A DNA stretch of 64,000 nucleotides from the human T2T-CHM13v2.0 reference genome, Homo sapiens. The stretch lies in NCBI RefSeq assembly GCF_009914755.1, contig NC_060929.1, one strand, 5' to 3'. Positions 14,228 to 28,871 of the stretch are shown piece by piece (within the stretch, counting starts at the first letter, position 1; each line of letters begins with the position of its first letter). The position numbers and the translations under genes were made by a program. The notes below the pieces were generated by a model. It had not been told where the DNA came from. It was given only the letters and a program-made list of their open reading frames with translations, and searched no databases.

Positions 14228-14580
14228 TTTTGCTGCTCTGCTGTTTTTGCCATATTTTCTGAGTTCAAGTCTCTAATCAGTTGGTGGAAGTGTAGATTTA
14301 AAGACATTTATTTTGGAAAACATGTTCTGCTAAAAGTTTGTAGTAATGTAAGCCATTTAATTCTAAAATTGGCAGCTGAAACTAACACTGTGCTCACATA
14401 AGCAACTACTCAAGTGTTTTAGTCTAAAGCATTTTGGAACACCAAAGGCCAGGACATAATTTTTGGGTCTGCACACTTCTGAAAGTGAAAGCACCACAGC
14501 CAGGGGCTTATCTCCAATGCCGCAAAATTGGAGCCTGAGGAAAACTCTTATGTGCCTCTCCTATTTGCAGTATATCCCAC
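14228..14580 (-). pseudogene. Exon relic
   Basis: Acceptor ctctcttttcgtatag|, donor AA|gtaaga. WDILQIGEAHKSFPQAPILRHWR* ... YVSTVLVSAANFRIKWLTLLQTF..LIRDLNSENMAKTAEQQ (frameshifted). Confidence 0.5.
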
Positions 14581-14949
14581 CTATACGAAAAGAGAGCTCC
14601 TCTCCTTTCACTTTTAAGGAAAATAAGAGGAAATATAAGAGCGTAATTCTTGGCCTCAGCAGTTGTCTTGGTGTGGTATGTGTGTGTGGGGAGACGGGGG
14701 CAGGGAGTGATGTATTTTGTAGAGGGGACAGGCCAAGCCGTAGGTGAGAGAGGTAAAGAGGCCTCCCTTTGAATGGGATACACATAGTGGGCTCAAAGTA
14801 GGATGGGATCCCTCCTCAATTCTCCCCAAAGGGTGGGGCAAAGGAGTTACATCTACTCCTTTGCCCCTGGTTTGTTCAGTGAAAAGATGTCAGGATAATG
14901 GTTAAAAAAACTCTGAAACTATAGGGAATTAGCCATTTTTAAAAAAGCA

Positions 14950-15140
14950 TCTACCATAAACTAGGTACTGTACCAGGCCTTTTAGATTGATTTCCCATTG
15001 CACAAAATTCCTCAAGTAGGTATTGTGTTGGGTGCATAATATAATGGATGAAAAAACATGCCGAGAATTTGGCCAACTTGTCAGTCATGCAACAAGGTGG
15101 TAGCACCTGGATTTGTGCAATGGAGTCTGACCCCATTCAC
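14950..15140 (-). mobile_element. MIR
   Basis: atggatgaaaaaac..aacttgtcagtcatgcaacaaggtggtagcacctggattt..tctgacccca. Confidence 0.6.
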
Positions 15141-15559
15141 CATCCCTCTCTCTATCATGATCCAGATAAAATGATGACACAAATTGTGGAGAAGCAAATC
15201 TGAGAGAGGAGAGAGGTGGGCCACGGGAAGAGAGAGAGTAAATGAACAAAGTTATATTCTAGTTGAGGGGTGAATATTGCCATGCTACTAATTAGATTAT
15301 ATTTGTCCTAAATCCTTGATGTATGGTAGAGTAATGAATGCACACCATTTTTAAAACAATATTGCCATATTTCACAATGGCTGAAAGTCTACCCTCCCCC
15401 AACAGGCATAGGCACATATTCATAGAGTCTTTTCTGCCAACTAAGTGCAACGGTTGTCCAGGTTAGACAATTTTGAGTCATGCTCAATGTCACCCTCTCC
15501 TTGACTTGTTGTGGCTCATTTTGCCCCAGTTCCACCTGACCCTTTCCTGTTTTCCCCCA

Positions 15560-16350
15560 TTTCAGTGCAGGGTCCCACCAACCATTCTGTCGCACAAGCC
15601 AGGAACCTAGAATTTATCAGATTCTCCCTTTCCTTTCATGCTCAATCCTTTACCCACTTCTGTCCATTTTCTCTCCAGAATATCTCTTGAATCTGTCAGC
15701 TTTTTTCCATCTTTACCATACCACCATTATCTGGACTTCTATGATAACTCTGTACCTCTGACTTCGAATCCATTTTCCTCAAAGCAGGCATAAAATTCTG
15801 TTAGTAATGCAAATCTTATCTCATCAGTCTCTGCTCGAAATCCTTCAGAGACGGTTAGGATCAAGACAAGAATCCTTATTCACACAGCCTGGGAGGCTTT
15901 GCACAGGCTGGCCTCATTTCTCTTTCCATTCTCATTTCAAAGGACTTTCTCTTCCTCTCTTTGGTTCAGCCATCTTGACCTTGGAGTTGCTCAGACAAGC
16001 CGTGCTCTTTCCTTGCCTCATGGCCTTTGGAAATGCTTTCCAGGCTGGTTTAAATGGTCTCTCCCAAATCCCTCTCTTCTCCCATGTCACTTTGAGCTTA
16101 CCCTTTAGCTAGCTCAGCTGCCTCTTCCCAGTCAACGAGCTATCTTTCTATACATCCTCGCATAGAACCTGTTCTTCCCCTTTAACACACCTAACAATGG
16201 TGATGAAATTCTTGCTTTATCCCTTAAGGTAAACTCTATGAGAGCAAAGGCCAAATCTGCCTTGTTTAGTACTCTATATATAGCACATAGCAAAAGTGTC
16301 TTTAATATATTAGGTAGCCAATACATTTTGTTGAATGACAAGATGAATGA
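15560..16350. mobile_element. L2 LINE 3' fragment
   Basis: Ends with gcacatagcaaaagtgtctttaatatattaggtagccaatacattttgttgaatga, the L2 3' signature. Confidence 0.7.
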
Positions 16351-16626
16351 ATACCTCCTCTATCACCCTCAAGTAAAGCAGAGCATGGGTCATCTTAGAA
16401 CCAGATCTGACAGTGGGTTCATTGAAGGCAGCCACTATGTCTTTTTTCTCATTATCCTTAGTGGCTAGCATGATTTCTGGTAGATTCTCAACAGTAAGCT
16501 TACTGAATGCACAAACTACATATTTGCTGGGGAGGCAGAATGTTGTTTTACCATGTGAGACCTGTTTTATCTTCTAGGCAAATTAGGAAGCTCCATGACA
16601 TAGCTTTATATTAAGCAGATTCCTCT

Positions 16627-17100
16627 TGTATGAGTCAGGGTTCTTAAGAGAAACAGAATCAATAGAAGATATAGATGTGTGTGTGTATCCTAAGGAATTG
16701 GCTCTCGTGGTTATAGAGGCTAAGTCCCATGATATGCCATCTGCAAGCTCTTTAGCTCTCAGGCCTTTGAACTACACCACAAGCTTCCCTGAAAGAGTCA
16801 GTGATATAGATTTCACTCAGAATCTGAAGGCCTGAAAACCAAGAGTGTCAAGAGCAGAAGAACAATGTCTCAGTTCAAGCAGTCAGGCAGAGAGTAAATT
16901 CGACCTTCCTCTGCCTTTAGGTCCTTCACAGATTGAAGGATGTCCAGCCACACTGGGGAGTGTGACCTGGTTTACTCAGTTTAACAATTCAAACGCTAAC
17001 CTCTTCTAGAAACACCCTCAGAGACACATCCCATAATAATGTTTAACCAGATATCTGGGCATCCTGTGGCTCAGTCAAGTTGACACATACAATTATTCAT
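16627..17100 (-). mobile_element. MLT2 (ERVL) solo LTR
   Basis: tgtatgagtcagggttcttaagagaaacagaatcaatag ... cagtcaagttgacacatacaatta. Confidence 0.85.
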
Positions 17101-17239
17101 TGTATCTCTATAGTCAAATATGCATCTCATACTATTGAATCTGAATATTTGACTTTCACTGTATCTCAGAAACCTTTCAGGATTCTAGCAATTGAGATTC
17201 TTGTCTACTCCAAATCTTATAGATCATTTGTGATCTTAC

Positions 17240-17335
17240 AGTTGTGGGAAAGCTCATGGAGGCAGTTCAGTGACTCCAATAAATATCACCCATAAATTCT
17301 CCATAACATAGTTCACATTGCCCAACTTAAAATTA
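17240..17335 (-). pseudogene. Exon relic (96 nt, phase 2-2)
   Basis: Acceptor ctctgcag|, donor CT|gtaaga. NFKLGNVNYVMENLWVIFIGVTELPP*AFPQ. Phase fits the exon starting at 14580. Confidence 0.45.
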
Positions 17336-17643
17336 CTGCAGAGATGCTTAGAGGTATATAAAACTCAAAGATGCATAGATAGAAAGATATGGCAGGCTTT
17401 GTAAAATGTAATAACATAACCTAAAGACTTTAAAAAAACAGTTATGGTTAAATTCAATAAGCTTGATATATTTCTTTTACCTACCTATGAACTATTTATA
17501 TATTTATGTAATTATTTTTTGCCTTGAACTTTTAAAGTGAAAGCTGTGCTCAATTAGTATTAGTTATGTGACATTCTAATTCTTCAATATGACATCCAAA
17601 GCCAGTGTGTTTTCCAGAGATAGCAAATACACTTAGCAATTAC

Positions 17644-17852
17644 CCTGATCAATGGAAGTACTCTAGTTAAAAATGTTCCATAATAAAAGACAAATTACAC
17701 ACAAAGATAAATGATTCGTATGAAATGAGAGTTATGTCTTAAAGTCATGTGCCTCTTCTGTAAATTATTTGCCAAGTTGTTGGTGTTTAGAAAGTTAAAG
17801 CATGATGTTCGATTCTGGTGGTTTGCTGTGTCATCCCAAAGTTAGCATGTTC
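17644..17852 (-). pseudogene. Exon relic, RGS-box-like start
   Basis: Acceptor ctatcttctttag|. LWDDTANHQNRTSCFNFLNTNNLANNLQ, with EEAHDFKT in a neighbouring frame, then FVFYYGTFLTRVLP. May extend to ~17485. Confidence 0.5.
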
Positions 17853-18557
17853 CTAAAGAAGATAGACTGAGTCACTTTGTTAAGTGCCCTTAAGTTTCTG
17901 TTCCTCAATTTGCTCTTTTATGTGGTACTGATAAAAAACTCTTTGGACATATTTCATTGACCAGTTATGCCCAGCACTCTATCACTTACTGTAGTCTAGC
18001 ACAATGACTATTTGAGAGAAGTGCAATACAAAAAATATGAGTATCTCCTCATGTAGCATTATGCATACAATCTCATTACTATTATTTTAAGTGCAAGTAA
18101 GAAAAAAGAAAATAGACACTTCAACTTGATCAAATCTATTAGTTAATTACAGTGAAAGAAAAAGAGGAAGGAATCAGTGCAAGAAAGAAAGACATTATTT
18201 CAGTGGAGTCAATATAATGAATTGAAGGTACTAGCTACGTTTAAAATGCCATAGAGTTGGCCCTGAAATAAAAGCCAAAATATTTGCTTAACAGAATTAA
18301 AACTATTGAATAACAGTGCTCCCATTTTTGTTCTTGAATGACAGAGTATTGTTTGAGACCTACATAAGTTGCCATTGGCAATCATCATTTGTGCAGTTTA
18401 AAATCTGAGGACTCTAGCGGCAGATACCATGGTAAACAATAAAATTTTTTTTCATGATACATTTTTATATTTGAAACAATTTCTATGTTATCTGTTTTAT
18501 TTTATCAAGAATCATATTTCTTTATTCAGCCTTCAAATTTAATTATTAAGTACTTAC

Positions 18558-20507
<1,950 letters not shown>

Positions 20508-20912
20508 CTTGAATTAGGACAAGTGAATTGATCCTGAGTTTCAAAATTAATATGGTATGTGACAACAAACTTTTATTAGACAAACAACGTGGTTTTCATA
20601 AGACAAATAGGGGCTTCTTTAGTTTGCAAACTGTTTCATTAAAAAGAACTAAACCCCCAAACCCTGGTAATTCACTGAGCATGGGTTAAAGACGTTGTAT
20701 CCAAACTTTTTCTTTTTCCTGGAAAAAAATATCTTGTTTTGTGTAATTAAAATCCAAGTCATAGACCTTGTTTCCATTTTTAGATGAATGCCCACTTATG
20801 CTACATGTCCATGTGTGTAGACCCATCACATTTTAAAAGATTACGAATAGAACTCAGGTCTAAAAGTAATTACAGCAATAAACATAGCAGGAATTCAAGA
20901 CTCCCTGTTTAC

Positions 20913-21063
20913 CAAAACACTTCTTATAATCGCAAATTTGTGTTTCTGTATGTGTACCAGTTCCAGCTGGCAATCTCTTATACAGGTGTTTGCCTCTGGC
21001 TTTTGTACCTGAAGATCTCAAATCACATTCACAACCAAACCTTATTTGACTTCCTGTTATATT
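20913..21063 (-). pseudogene. Exon relic (151 nt, phase 0-1), fully open
   Basis: Acceptor attattttttcag|, donor G|gtaaac. NITGSQIRFGCECDLRSSGTKARGKHLYKRLPAGTGTHTETQICDYKKCF. Splices in frame to the large exon at 20507. Confidence 0.65.
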
Positions 21064-21515
21064 CTGAAAAAATAATTATATATCAACTTCTATAAATTTT
21101 TGTAAAATATTTCTATGCTATTTAAAAAATAAAAATATATTAACCTTCATATGCTTAACAAAGTAATTATATCTAGAAAAAATTAGCTATGGAGATGTTC
21201 ATATATTTCATAAGGCATGTTCATAACTCTTACAGAATTAAATGGTCTTATTTATGGAGTAAAGATATTGTGATTGGCAGATACATATATAGCTCTAATA
21301 TGTGTATAGCTCAGTAAATGCTATATATATAAGTGCTATAATACATGTATAGTTCAGTCGCTACAAATGTAGTTTATTACATTTTCTCCAATACTTTTCC
21401 ACATTTAAATATTAGGCAATCTATCATGACAGATCAGTAATACTGTCTGGTATATAAAATTTGCCATCAGTATCTTATTTCAACCAGAAAAATTCATCCA
21501 CTATTATTAACTCAC

Positions 21516-21565
21516 CACAATTACTTAGAGGTGGTCTTTTATCAAAAGATTAAATGCATGTTTCC
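21516..21565 (-). pseudogene. Exon 3'-end relic, RGS terminal-helix-like
   Basis: KHAFNLLIKDHL*VIV then GTG|gtgagt, phase 0, which fits the 21063 exon. Confidence 0.4.
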
Positions 21566-21629
21566 TTAAGTACTTAGCATAGCGCCTTGTACTTAGTAAA
21601 TTCTCTATTTGTGTCAGTTTTTATTATTT

Positions 21630-22200
21630 TTATTTAAGTCAGTTGATCTCTATTGACAGTAAATGACAGAAACCAAATCAAACTAGCTTAAGGATTACAA
21701 GGCTTTTATTGGCTTATGAAAAGTTTTGGGCACTGGCTTCAGGCACAGCCAAATTCAGGTGGTCAGTAATGGCAATCTGTTTTTTTCCATGTCTCTACTC
21801 TTCTTTCCTCTGGGTTGACATGTTTCTGAGGCAGGCTTTCTCTGCTAAGATGTCTGCCAGTACTTCCAGGTAAATATCCAATGATCTTCAAGAACAGTAG
21901 GTAGAGAGTTTCTTTTTTCTTATAGTTCTGGTAAGGGCTTCAAATGTGAGTCTCATTAGTACTACTTAGACTGGCTTATACACTTAATCATCCATGAGTG
22001 CTGAGTGATCATGGATGACCAGGGCAGCCGGAATTTCAGTTAGCCAGGCCTGGGCCACATTTCCCAGCAGCACCAGAACCATAAGGAGAGAGAGCATGGG
22101 AATCAGAAAGCGGATGCATGCCAGCCTGGCAAAAAGAAAACAACAGATGTCCCCAGTCTTACTTCACGCATCCCCCAAACATTTCCTGAGTCTCTGCTGC
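21630..22200. mobile_element. Old MLT1 (MaLR) LTR
   Basis: gacagaaaccaaatcaaactagcttaagg..tttattggcttatgaa..ggcttcaggcacagc, MLT1K/L-type. Confidence 0.6.
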
Positions 22201-22329
22201 ATTCTCTGCACTGACTGTGGACGAGCAAGAGAGGGTGTGCGTGACTGGGAATGGGGAACAGGCACAGCAGGACAGGAGAGATCCAAAAGTAAAAGACCTC
22301 ATTTCTCTCCTCAATGGAGAGACATCTGT

Positions 22330-23190
22330 AGACTCTAAAAACAATCAGCAAAAAGGACTCTGTGATGAACTCATTGATATAGGTGGTCAAAATTCAGAGC
22401 AGGAGGAAACACTATAATTGGAGAACTAAGAGAAAGTGCTTCAAGCGAGGGTCTTGGTTGATGACCAAATGTAAATGGGTGGAGGAGAGGGCAGAGTCTT
22501 CCAAGAAGTTGGTGGAATGTTTGCAAAGGCCCATGGCTTTGATGGATGGAGTGTGTTGGTGAAACAGGAGAGAGCTAGGCTAGTAGCCTGGATATGTTGT
22601 GCTGTGGGGGAAAGGCAGGTCATGGTGGATGTGAGAAGGAAGCAGTCCATGAGGTGCCTGAATGGCAGATGGAGCAGTGCAGGCAGGAACCAATAAAGAG
22701 AGGCAAAGTTGTGATGGTAGATTTCACATATATTAGGAAGCTGAATCTGATAACAAGCTGCAGGATGTCTTAGAAGGAAGGAAGACAGCAGCTCACTAGA
22801 GTCGTGTGGAGGCTACTGCAGAAAGTGTGCAATAAAGTGACGGACTGAGAGGGGCATGAGGCTGTGGGGAAAGAGAAGAAATGATACTGTTGAGAGAAAT
22901 TTCAAAGGGAGAATCAGGAGGCATTTGAGGAGCTAGGGGGAAATAGAGGAGACAAGGGAAAATGACTCTTAAATTGTCAAGCCCAGGCTCCAGGAAATGG
23001 AGGAATCATTACAATGTAGTGATAACAGCAATCATTTCATAGTATTTATGGTGCTTTTCTTAGTGGTATTCCCCATCACTGTACTATAGCTATTTACATG
23101 CATGACTTTTTTTTAAGAATGATGTCTAATTCATCTTTGTCTCTTTAACATGAAGTTTGGTGTTTTACATATGAGTGAGTCAATGCATAT
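22330..23190. mobile_element. L2 fragments
   Basis: Purine-rich L2-like text: gcaaaggcccatgg, aatgactcttaaattgtcaagcccagg. Confidence 0.5.
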
Positions 23191-23199
23191 CTAAAAAAG

Positions 23200-23578
23200 G
23201 AGAAACTGATTCCTTAGGAGGTAAAAACTTTTTCATCAAGTAAGTTAGTGATAGCACGGCAACGAGGGTCGTCTTCTCAGTAACTACCCGGTATTCTCTT
23301 CTCTGTAATCGTATACTGCTATGGTTCCTCTTCTTCGGGTAGAAGCGTATTTCTCCAGTATGAACAGCCTGGCAAAAAGTTGAAGTAGGCGTCCATGTTC
23401 TGTCACACATAAGCTTACTGTGTATTTCCAGATTATACAATTTGCCTAGGATCTCTTTCAAAGTTAGAGCATCAGAAGCAAGTCTCCTTTCTGACTCCTT
23501 GAAATTTTTGATGTTTTCCGCTTAGTTCAGTAATTTTTAAAAATTTCTGAGACTGAAATTTTTCAAACCAAACAAAAC
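23200..23578 (-). pseudogene. Exon relic, RGS-box-like, CpG-retaining
   Basis: Acceptor ctacctgttag|. About 113 open codons: AENIKNFKESERRLASDALTLKEILGKLYNLEIHSKLM..FCQAVH..LTYLMKKFLPPKESVSPFL. Confidence 0.6.
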
Positions 23579-23642
23579 CTAACAGGTAGACCTAGGGTAG
23601 TGCTACAACAGATGGCAAATAAGTAAATGGTGAAACTTTCTG

Positions 23643-24037
23643 CAGTGTTTCTCAAGGTGTGGTTCCGAGACCAGCAGCATCAGCATCACTTGGGAACTTA
23701 GTGATGCAAATTCTTGGGCAGTATCCCAGATCTCCTGACTTAGAAATGTGAAGATGGGGCCCAGCAATCAGCATCTTAATAAGTCCTCCAAGTGATTCTG
23801 ATTCATTGAAGTTTGAGAATCATTGGTCTATGGCAGCATCCCCTCAATGACGTCTTCAAACCTTTGATTTTTATACTCGATCTTGTATCAGAATCATTGG
23901 GAGGGTTTGTTAAAGCACTGATTGCTGGCTTACTCTTCAACATTCTGATTCAGGAGTCCTGAGAATTTGCATTTTTAACAAGTTCCCAAGTGATGTTTAT
24001 GCCGCTCACCTGGGAACCATGCTTTGGGAACCACTGT
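23643..24037. mobile_element. Two adjacent MER5-family (hAT-Charlie) elements
   Basis: cagtgtttctcaaggtgtggttcc...agtttgagaatcattg, then a second copy ending tttgggaaccactg. Confidence 0.8.
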
Positions 24038-24278
24038 ATTTGGTGTCAGATCACAATAGGAAACCTCTTGGGAAGCTCGTGTTTTTTAAACAAAGATCCC
24101 TCCTAAATGCCCTTGAAATTGGCTTTTGAAAGAGCTGTAAATTTTTTGTTGAATATATGTGTATGTAGAACACAGTGACTCTGCCTGATCTAATGTGTAT
24201 TGCTGTGAAATATCAAAGCCATTTGCTGGGTAGTCCCAGTGAAATTAACGAAGAAGGCACAACATTGAAGATTCATAC

Positions 24279-24599
24279 TTCTTCCCTATAAGCACTGATG
24301 TGTGGTAAGTTGCAAAATTAAGGTTGAAGCATTACTGAAAAAACCCAGGGCTGAAAACTCCCTTCTGATTTCAGATTCAGTTTAATAGAATGCTGCCTCG
24401 GCACAAACCTATAATCTGTTTCCGAACACCAATTTGTGTATAGCAGGAGATCACATCGGTGAAGAAGCACCGCATCTCCTTATCAGGAGAGACTAATTGA
24501 AAGCTACAATTAGCTGGATAGTAAACGCCAGGAATTCTGAATCACAATCACAAGGTAGCTTGCATTTGGCACCCTAATGTATGGGGGCAGTGACGGTCA
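24279..24599 (-). pseudogene. Exon relic (phase 2 start)
   Basis: Acceptor atctctttccctcag|. DRHCPHTLGCQMQATL*L*FRIPGVYYPANCSFQLVSPDKEMRCFFTDVISCYTQIGVRKQII. Donor AA|gtatga (alternative donor near 24409). Confidence 0.5.
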
Positions 24600-24692
24600 C
24601 TGAGGGAAAGAGATGAGATTCTCTGCCTGCAGGAATTGAGGCTCTTGAATGTAAATGGGTAAGTGCTGCAGATTTTCTTTTCCTGTACTCAC

Positions 24693-24725
24693 ACACCCCC
24701 ATACTCAAATTTAAATTCAAGATTG
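24693..24725 (-). pseudogene. 33-nt exon relic (phase 2-2)
   Basis: Acceptor ttccttccccatcttccatctcag|, donor GT|gtgagt. NLEFKFEYGG. Phases match both neighbours. Confidence 0.55.
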
Positions 24726-25399
24726 CTGAGATGGAAGATGGGGAAGGAAAATTGGCAATGTAGGAATGGCCAGGATGTTTGATGAGTGTGCAACTCTGGG
24801 TTCGGTTTTGCTTCTTTCATCATTGGGATGCAGGCTCAGTGTATGATTAGTATATCTCCAGGGTAATTTGAATTTCCTAGAATGATTTTGTGAAGCAATG
24901 TCCTCTCCTGACCTCCAATCCTAAACTGCCTTTGAAAGCTTTATTTCTTTGGGGAAAGGCATTAGCTCTTCAGGAATTTCATGAACATTCTCACACATGG
25001 CTTTTTTACATCATTAGAATGTTATTCATTTGTGTATTTGTTTGTTTATTCATTTGCCCACTCATTTATTTAGTAAATATTTATGAAACATTCATTACAT
25101 TTCTGGCGTCATTCTGGGAATATGAGGAATGGTTTCCACCTCTGGGCCTCACTATCTCATCACCATATATGGCTTTTTTAAAAAAAAAACTACTTTCTTC
25201 ATTGTGTATTCCTGGTCAACAACCTACAGTATTAAATATATTAATATAACATGCCTGAAGAGATGAAATTTTACCTTTAAAAGTTGGAGAGAAATAATTT
25301 GAAAATTGCTACTAGTTTTCTGCTTCTAAAGATGATAACATGAACTTCCTTTTATAATAGGTTGTCTTTTTTTTGCAAAAGTATCCCACAGTCTGATTT

Positions 25400-25610
25400 T
25401 TTTCATTCATTGATTTTAAAAAAATGTATTGAGCAACTATTCTATGTTGAGCATTGTTCTAGATCCTTGGAATTCATTAGTGAACAAAACAGACAAGATC
25501 TCTGCCCTTGTGGAGGTCACATTTAGATGGGGGAGAGAGACAATGCTGTAATAATTAAGTTATGTGATGTCTTAGACAGCGATATGTGCCCAGGGAAGGA
25601 TGTTCAGGTA
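25400..25610. mobile_element. L2 3' fragment
   Basis: ttcattcatt..tattgagcaactattctatgttgagcattgttctag..aaaacagacaagatctctgccctt. Confidence 0.75.
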
Positions 25611-25690
25611 AGGGAGGGGACAGGGAGCACCAGGGTGTCCTGTAGATCTGAATACATAGCATATATGCCCATGCTGTTTTTGAACAAAAT

Positions 25691-25892
25691 ATTTATTTAT
25701 TCTTATTTTAGGTTTGGGGGTATATGAGAAGGTTTGTTATAGGTAAACTTGTTTCTTGGAGATTTGTTGTACAGATTATTTCATCACCCAGTTATTAAGC
25801 CCAGTACCCAATAGTTATATTTTCTGCTCCTCTCCCTCCTCCCAACCTCTACCCTCAAGTAGACTCCAGTGTCTGTTGTTCCCCTCTTTCTG
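25691..25892 (-). mobile_element. Short L1PA/PB 3' end
   Basis: gtacagattatttcatcacccagttattaagcccagtacccaatagtta; TSD ttgaacaaaat. Confidence 0.85.
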
Positions 25893-26031
25893 TTGAACAA
25901 AATCTTTAAACTCATCATCACCCTGAAAGCAGCTGGTTACCTTGAAATGTTATTTGTAGTATTGCAAAGTGGATGTTTCTTTAAATTTAGACACCATTTC
26001 CTTTTAAAATATATATTTAGACTGGACTCAC

Positions 26032-26425
26032 CTTAAACTTGTTTGTTTTGGGGAGATGTGTGTGAGGCCCCAGCACTCCAGCAGGAAATGTAACCTGTAT
26101 TATTTCATTTATAGACAGGATTGTGAGAAGGATCCAAGGTGGACTTGGTAGAGAGTCCTGTCTGGATGGGGCACCAGGCCTGGTGAAATTCAGCATAGAC
26201 GATTCCAGAGCTTGGGAATGTGGTACTGTGGAGACCTATCTCATCCTTTTGATTTAAGTAGGGACGAATTTTCCCTCTGAAAAAACTGAAAATTCCTACC
26301 TTGGTCAGGAAATGGGAGGGCCTTTTATGGAGAGGTAGGAAGAACCACTTTTCTTCCGCGGCAGCATGTATCAGGGGCCTTCATTGTGAGGTTCAATGAT
26401 ACCTTGTTTTACATGATGGTGATGT
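26032..26425 (-). pseudogene. Exon relic (5' boundary uncertain)
   Basis: Perfect donor AAG|gtgagt, phase 2. Ends LHFLLECWGLTHISPKQTSL. Internal open stretch of about 56 codons, GKIRPYLNQKDEIGL... Confidence 0.5.
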
Positions 26426-26519
26426 CTGAGCACAAATGTAGGTGATAGAATGGTAGAATTTTTCTTTTACATGAGAATCTATTTCTAACCAATAGCCATT
26501 ATAATATCTAAATATTAAA

Positions 26520-27050
26520 CACTTGAGGCATTTCCTCAAACTGGAGTAAAATAAGGCTGCTCATTTTCGTCAGTATTCCTTGTTACAGTTCTAGAAGTTT
26601 TGACCTACACAATAAGACATGAAACAAAGATAAAAAGTATAACTAATACAAAAGAGGATTATTACCTAGAAATGTCAAAAATAATTAGCTGAAAGATCTT
26701 TGTGATTTGTAAGACTCAGCTAAGTGCCTAAATACAAGGTAAATATCTAAATACCTAGAGAATTCTATTACACAAATATTATGCAGTTAGAAAATATAGT
26801 GAGAAAAAAGAAATTTCATTGATAATAAAATGAAAACCACAGATCTTCTGGGAATTGCATTTCTAAGAAACTTCTATCCAGAAAGTGATAAAAAAAAAAA
26901 ACTATTCTAAGTAATATGAAATAATTGAATAGATAGAAAGCCAAACAGTAGTTCAGGATTAGGGGAAGCAGAGTTGCTAAATGATGCAGATTCATTAGTT
27001 TATCTCACATTAAGGTATAGGTTTAATGCAATTACATTCAGGAGATTGCA
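26520..27050 (+). mobile_element. Old L1M ORF2 fragment
   Basis: ctagaagttttgacctacacaataagacatgaaacaaagataaaaagtat..., decayed L1 ORF2. Confidence 0.6.
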
Positions 27051-27977
27051 GTATAAACCTTTTGTTATTTCTATAGCACTCAGAACAGTGCAGGATGCAA
27101 TATAAGAACTTAATTCAACACAAATTAATCACATTTTCATGAAGCAGGAAATAGACAACGAAGTGAATGCATGATCTATATTTCTACACTTGTGCCTCCG
27201 CTCCCATTTTTCCTCCATTTGGAATGCCATCCACCATCCACCTTGGCCATCTCAAACTCACTTCCACTAAAGGCCCAGCACAACACATCTTCCCTGAACT
27301 ACTAAGCCTACAACACTTTGGAGCTTCTTAGTACAATGGTACTGAACTAAGTGGTACTGTGAGTACCATTCTTCTGATGCATCTGAAAACTGGGTGCCCT
27401 GTCTTGTATTACTTACTATCATGGTATTTGTAAAAAGCATCATGTAGTATATAAGAAGTATTAAAGCGTGCGTGATGATGATATAACCAGCTTCAGGATA
27501 GCGTTTACAAATGGTGAGGGAGAAAAGAGATTTGAATTAACTACGGCAAAACGTCAATCTGGATGTGGGCACATGGATGAGTGTAAATATTCAATACATA
27601 GCTGTTGATTATTAAACTATCATTGGCAAGAGCAGTGATATACATCATTTGTAGGTGGACAGTCATTAGCTTTAAATATGAAAAACTCTCTTCAAATGTA
27701 ACCAAAGCAAAATGTAGAATTGATCATCAAATGGTTTTAAAAATCTATTGAAAATAAAGGCTGGCATAAAATATGTGTTAAGAAGAACTCATAGCCAATA
27801 GATTAATCTCTTTCAAATGTCAGCTAATATTGAGAGGACTAAAGAAACATTCAAAAGTTTCTGGAAAAATCAGACTTTGATGTGGCAAGTATATTATAGG
27901 GGTTAAATAATTTTATCTTCAGGAGGCTATTATTTTCTCTCCATCTGACAGTACATATGGAAAGTAAGATTCTTTAC

Positions 27978-28112
27978 TTTTGTTGCAGAAGATGAAAAAC
28001 TTGTAGGCAATTTAACATTCAGGTTTGATCTTTTGAGTACTACAAGGCATGAGCTTCCAGCAGGGAAGACATTAGAAAACTTCCATTTATTCAGGAGCCC
28101 AATGATAATAAT
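27978..28112 (-). pseudogene. Exon relic (135 nt, phase 0-0), fully open
   Basis: Acceptor ttttactccttcctag|, donor AAA|gtaaag. IIIIGLLNKWKFSNVFPAGSSCLVVLKRSNLNVKLPTSFSSSATK. Confidence 0.6.
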
Positions 28113-28284
28113 CTAGGAAGGAGTAAAACCATTAAACAGAAAAGAGACCACTTATTAAGGTGAAAGGGAATCCTAAAGTTAATGTGTCATCCATTCAAAA
28201 CGGCAGTGACTGACATTTATTGAGCACTTTCTGTTTACGGGGTCCTAGTTAGGCTCTTTCTTCATATTAGCACATTTGCCTTTA

Positions 28285-28657
<373 letters not shown>

Positions 28658-28782
28658 GAAGTTGAGTACACTTTTAAACTCAGAGAGACCCACCAGATTT
28701 CAGAAATGTGTTTACAAGGGTTCTTTTTCTTTTTTTCTCCACAGTAGGGGCAAGTATATCTTTAACCGTGTAGATTTATTAC

Positions 28783-28871
28783 CTATTTCAGAGTGAATGC
28801 CAAAGTTTTCTGAATGAGAGCTTTACTTGATCCTGGAAGAATTCCATGCCAATTGAACACTGGTTGCATTC
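28783..28871 (-). pseudogene. Exon relic (89 nt, phase 1-0) with apparently mutated acceptor
   Basis: cattttatg| in place of AG. MQPVFNWHGILPGSSKALIQKTLAFTLK* then |gtaata. Phases match both neighbours. Confidence 0.5.

Noticed and set aside
24456-24491. Stem-loop aggagat..cggtg-aagaag-caccg..atctcct
   Set aside because: Only 7+5 bp with an asymmetric loop, matches no RNA family I recognise, and lies inside an exon relic; plausibly chance.
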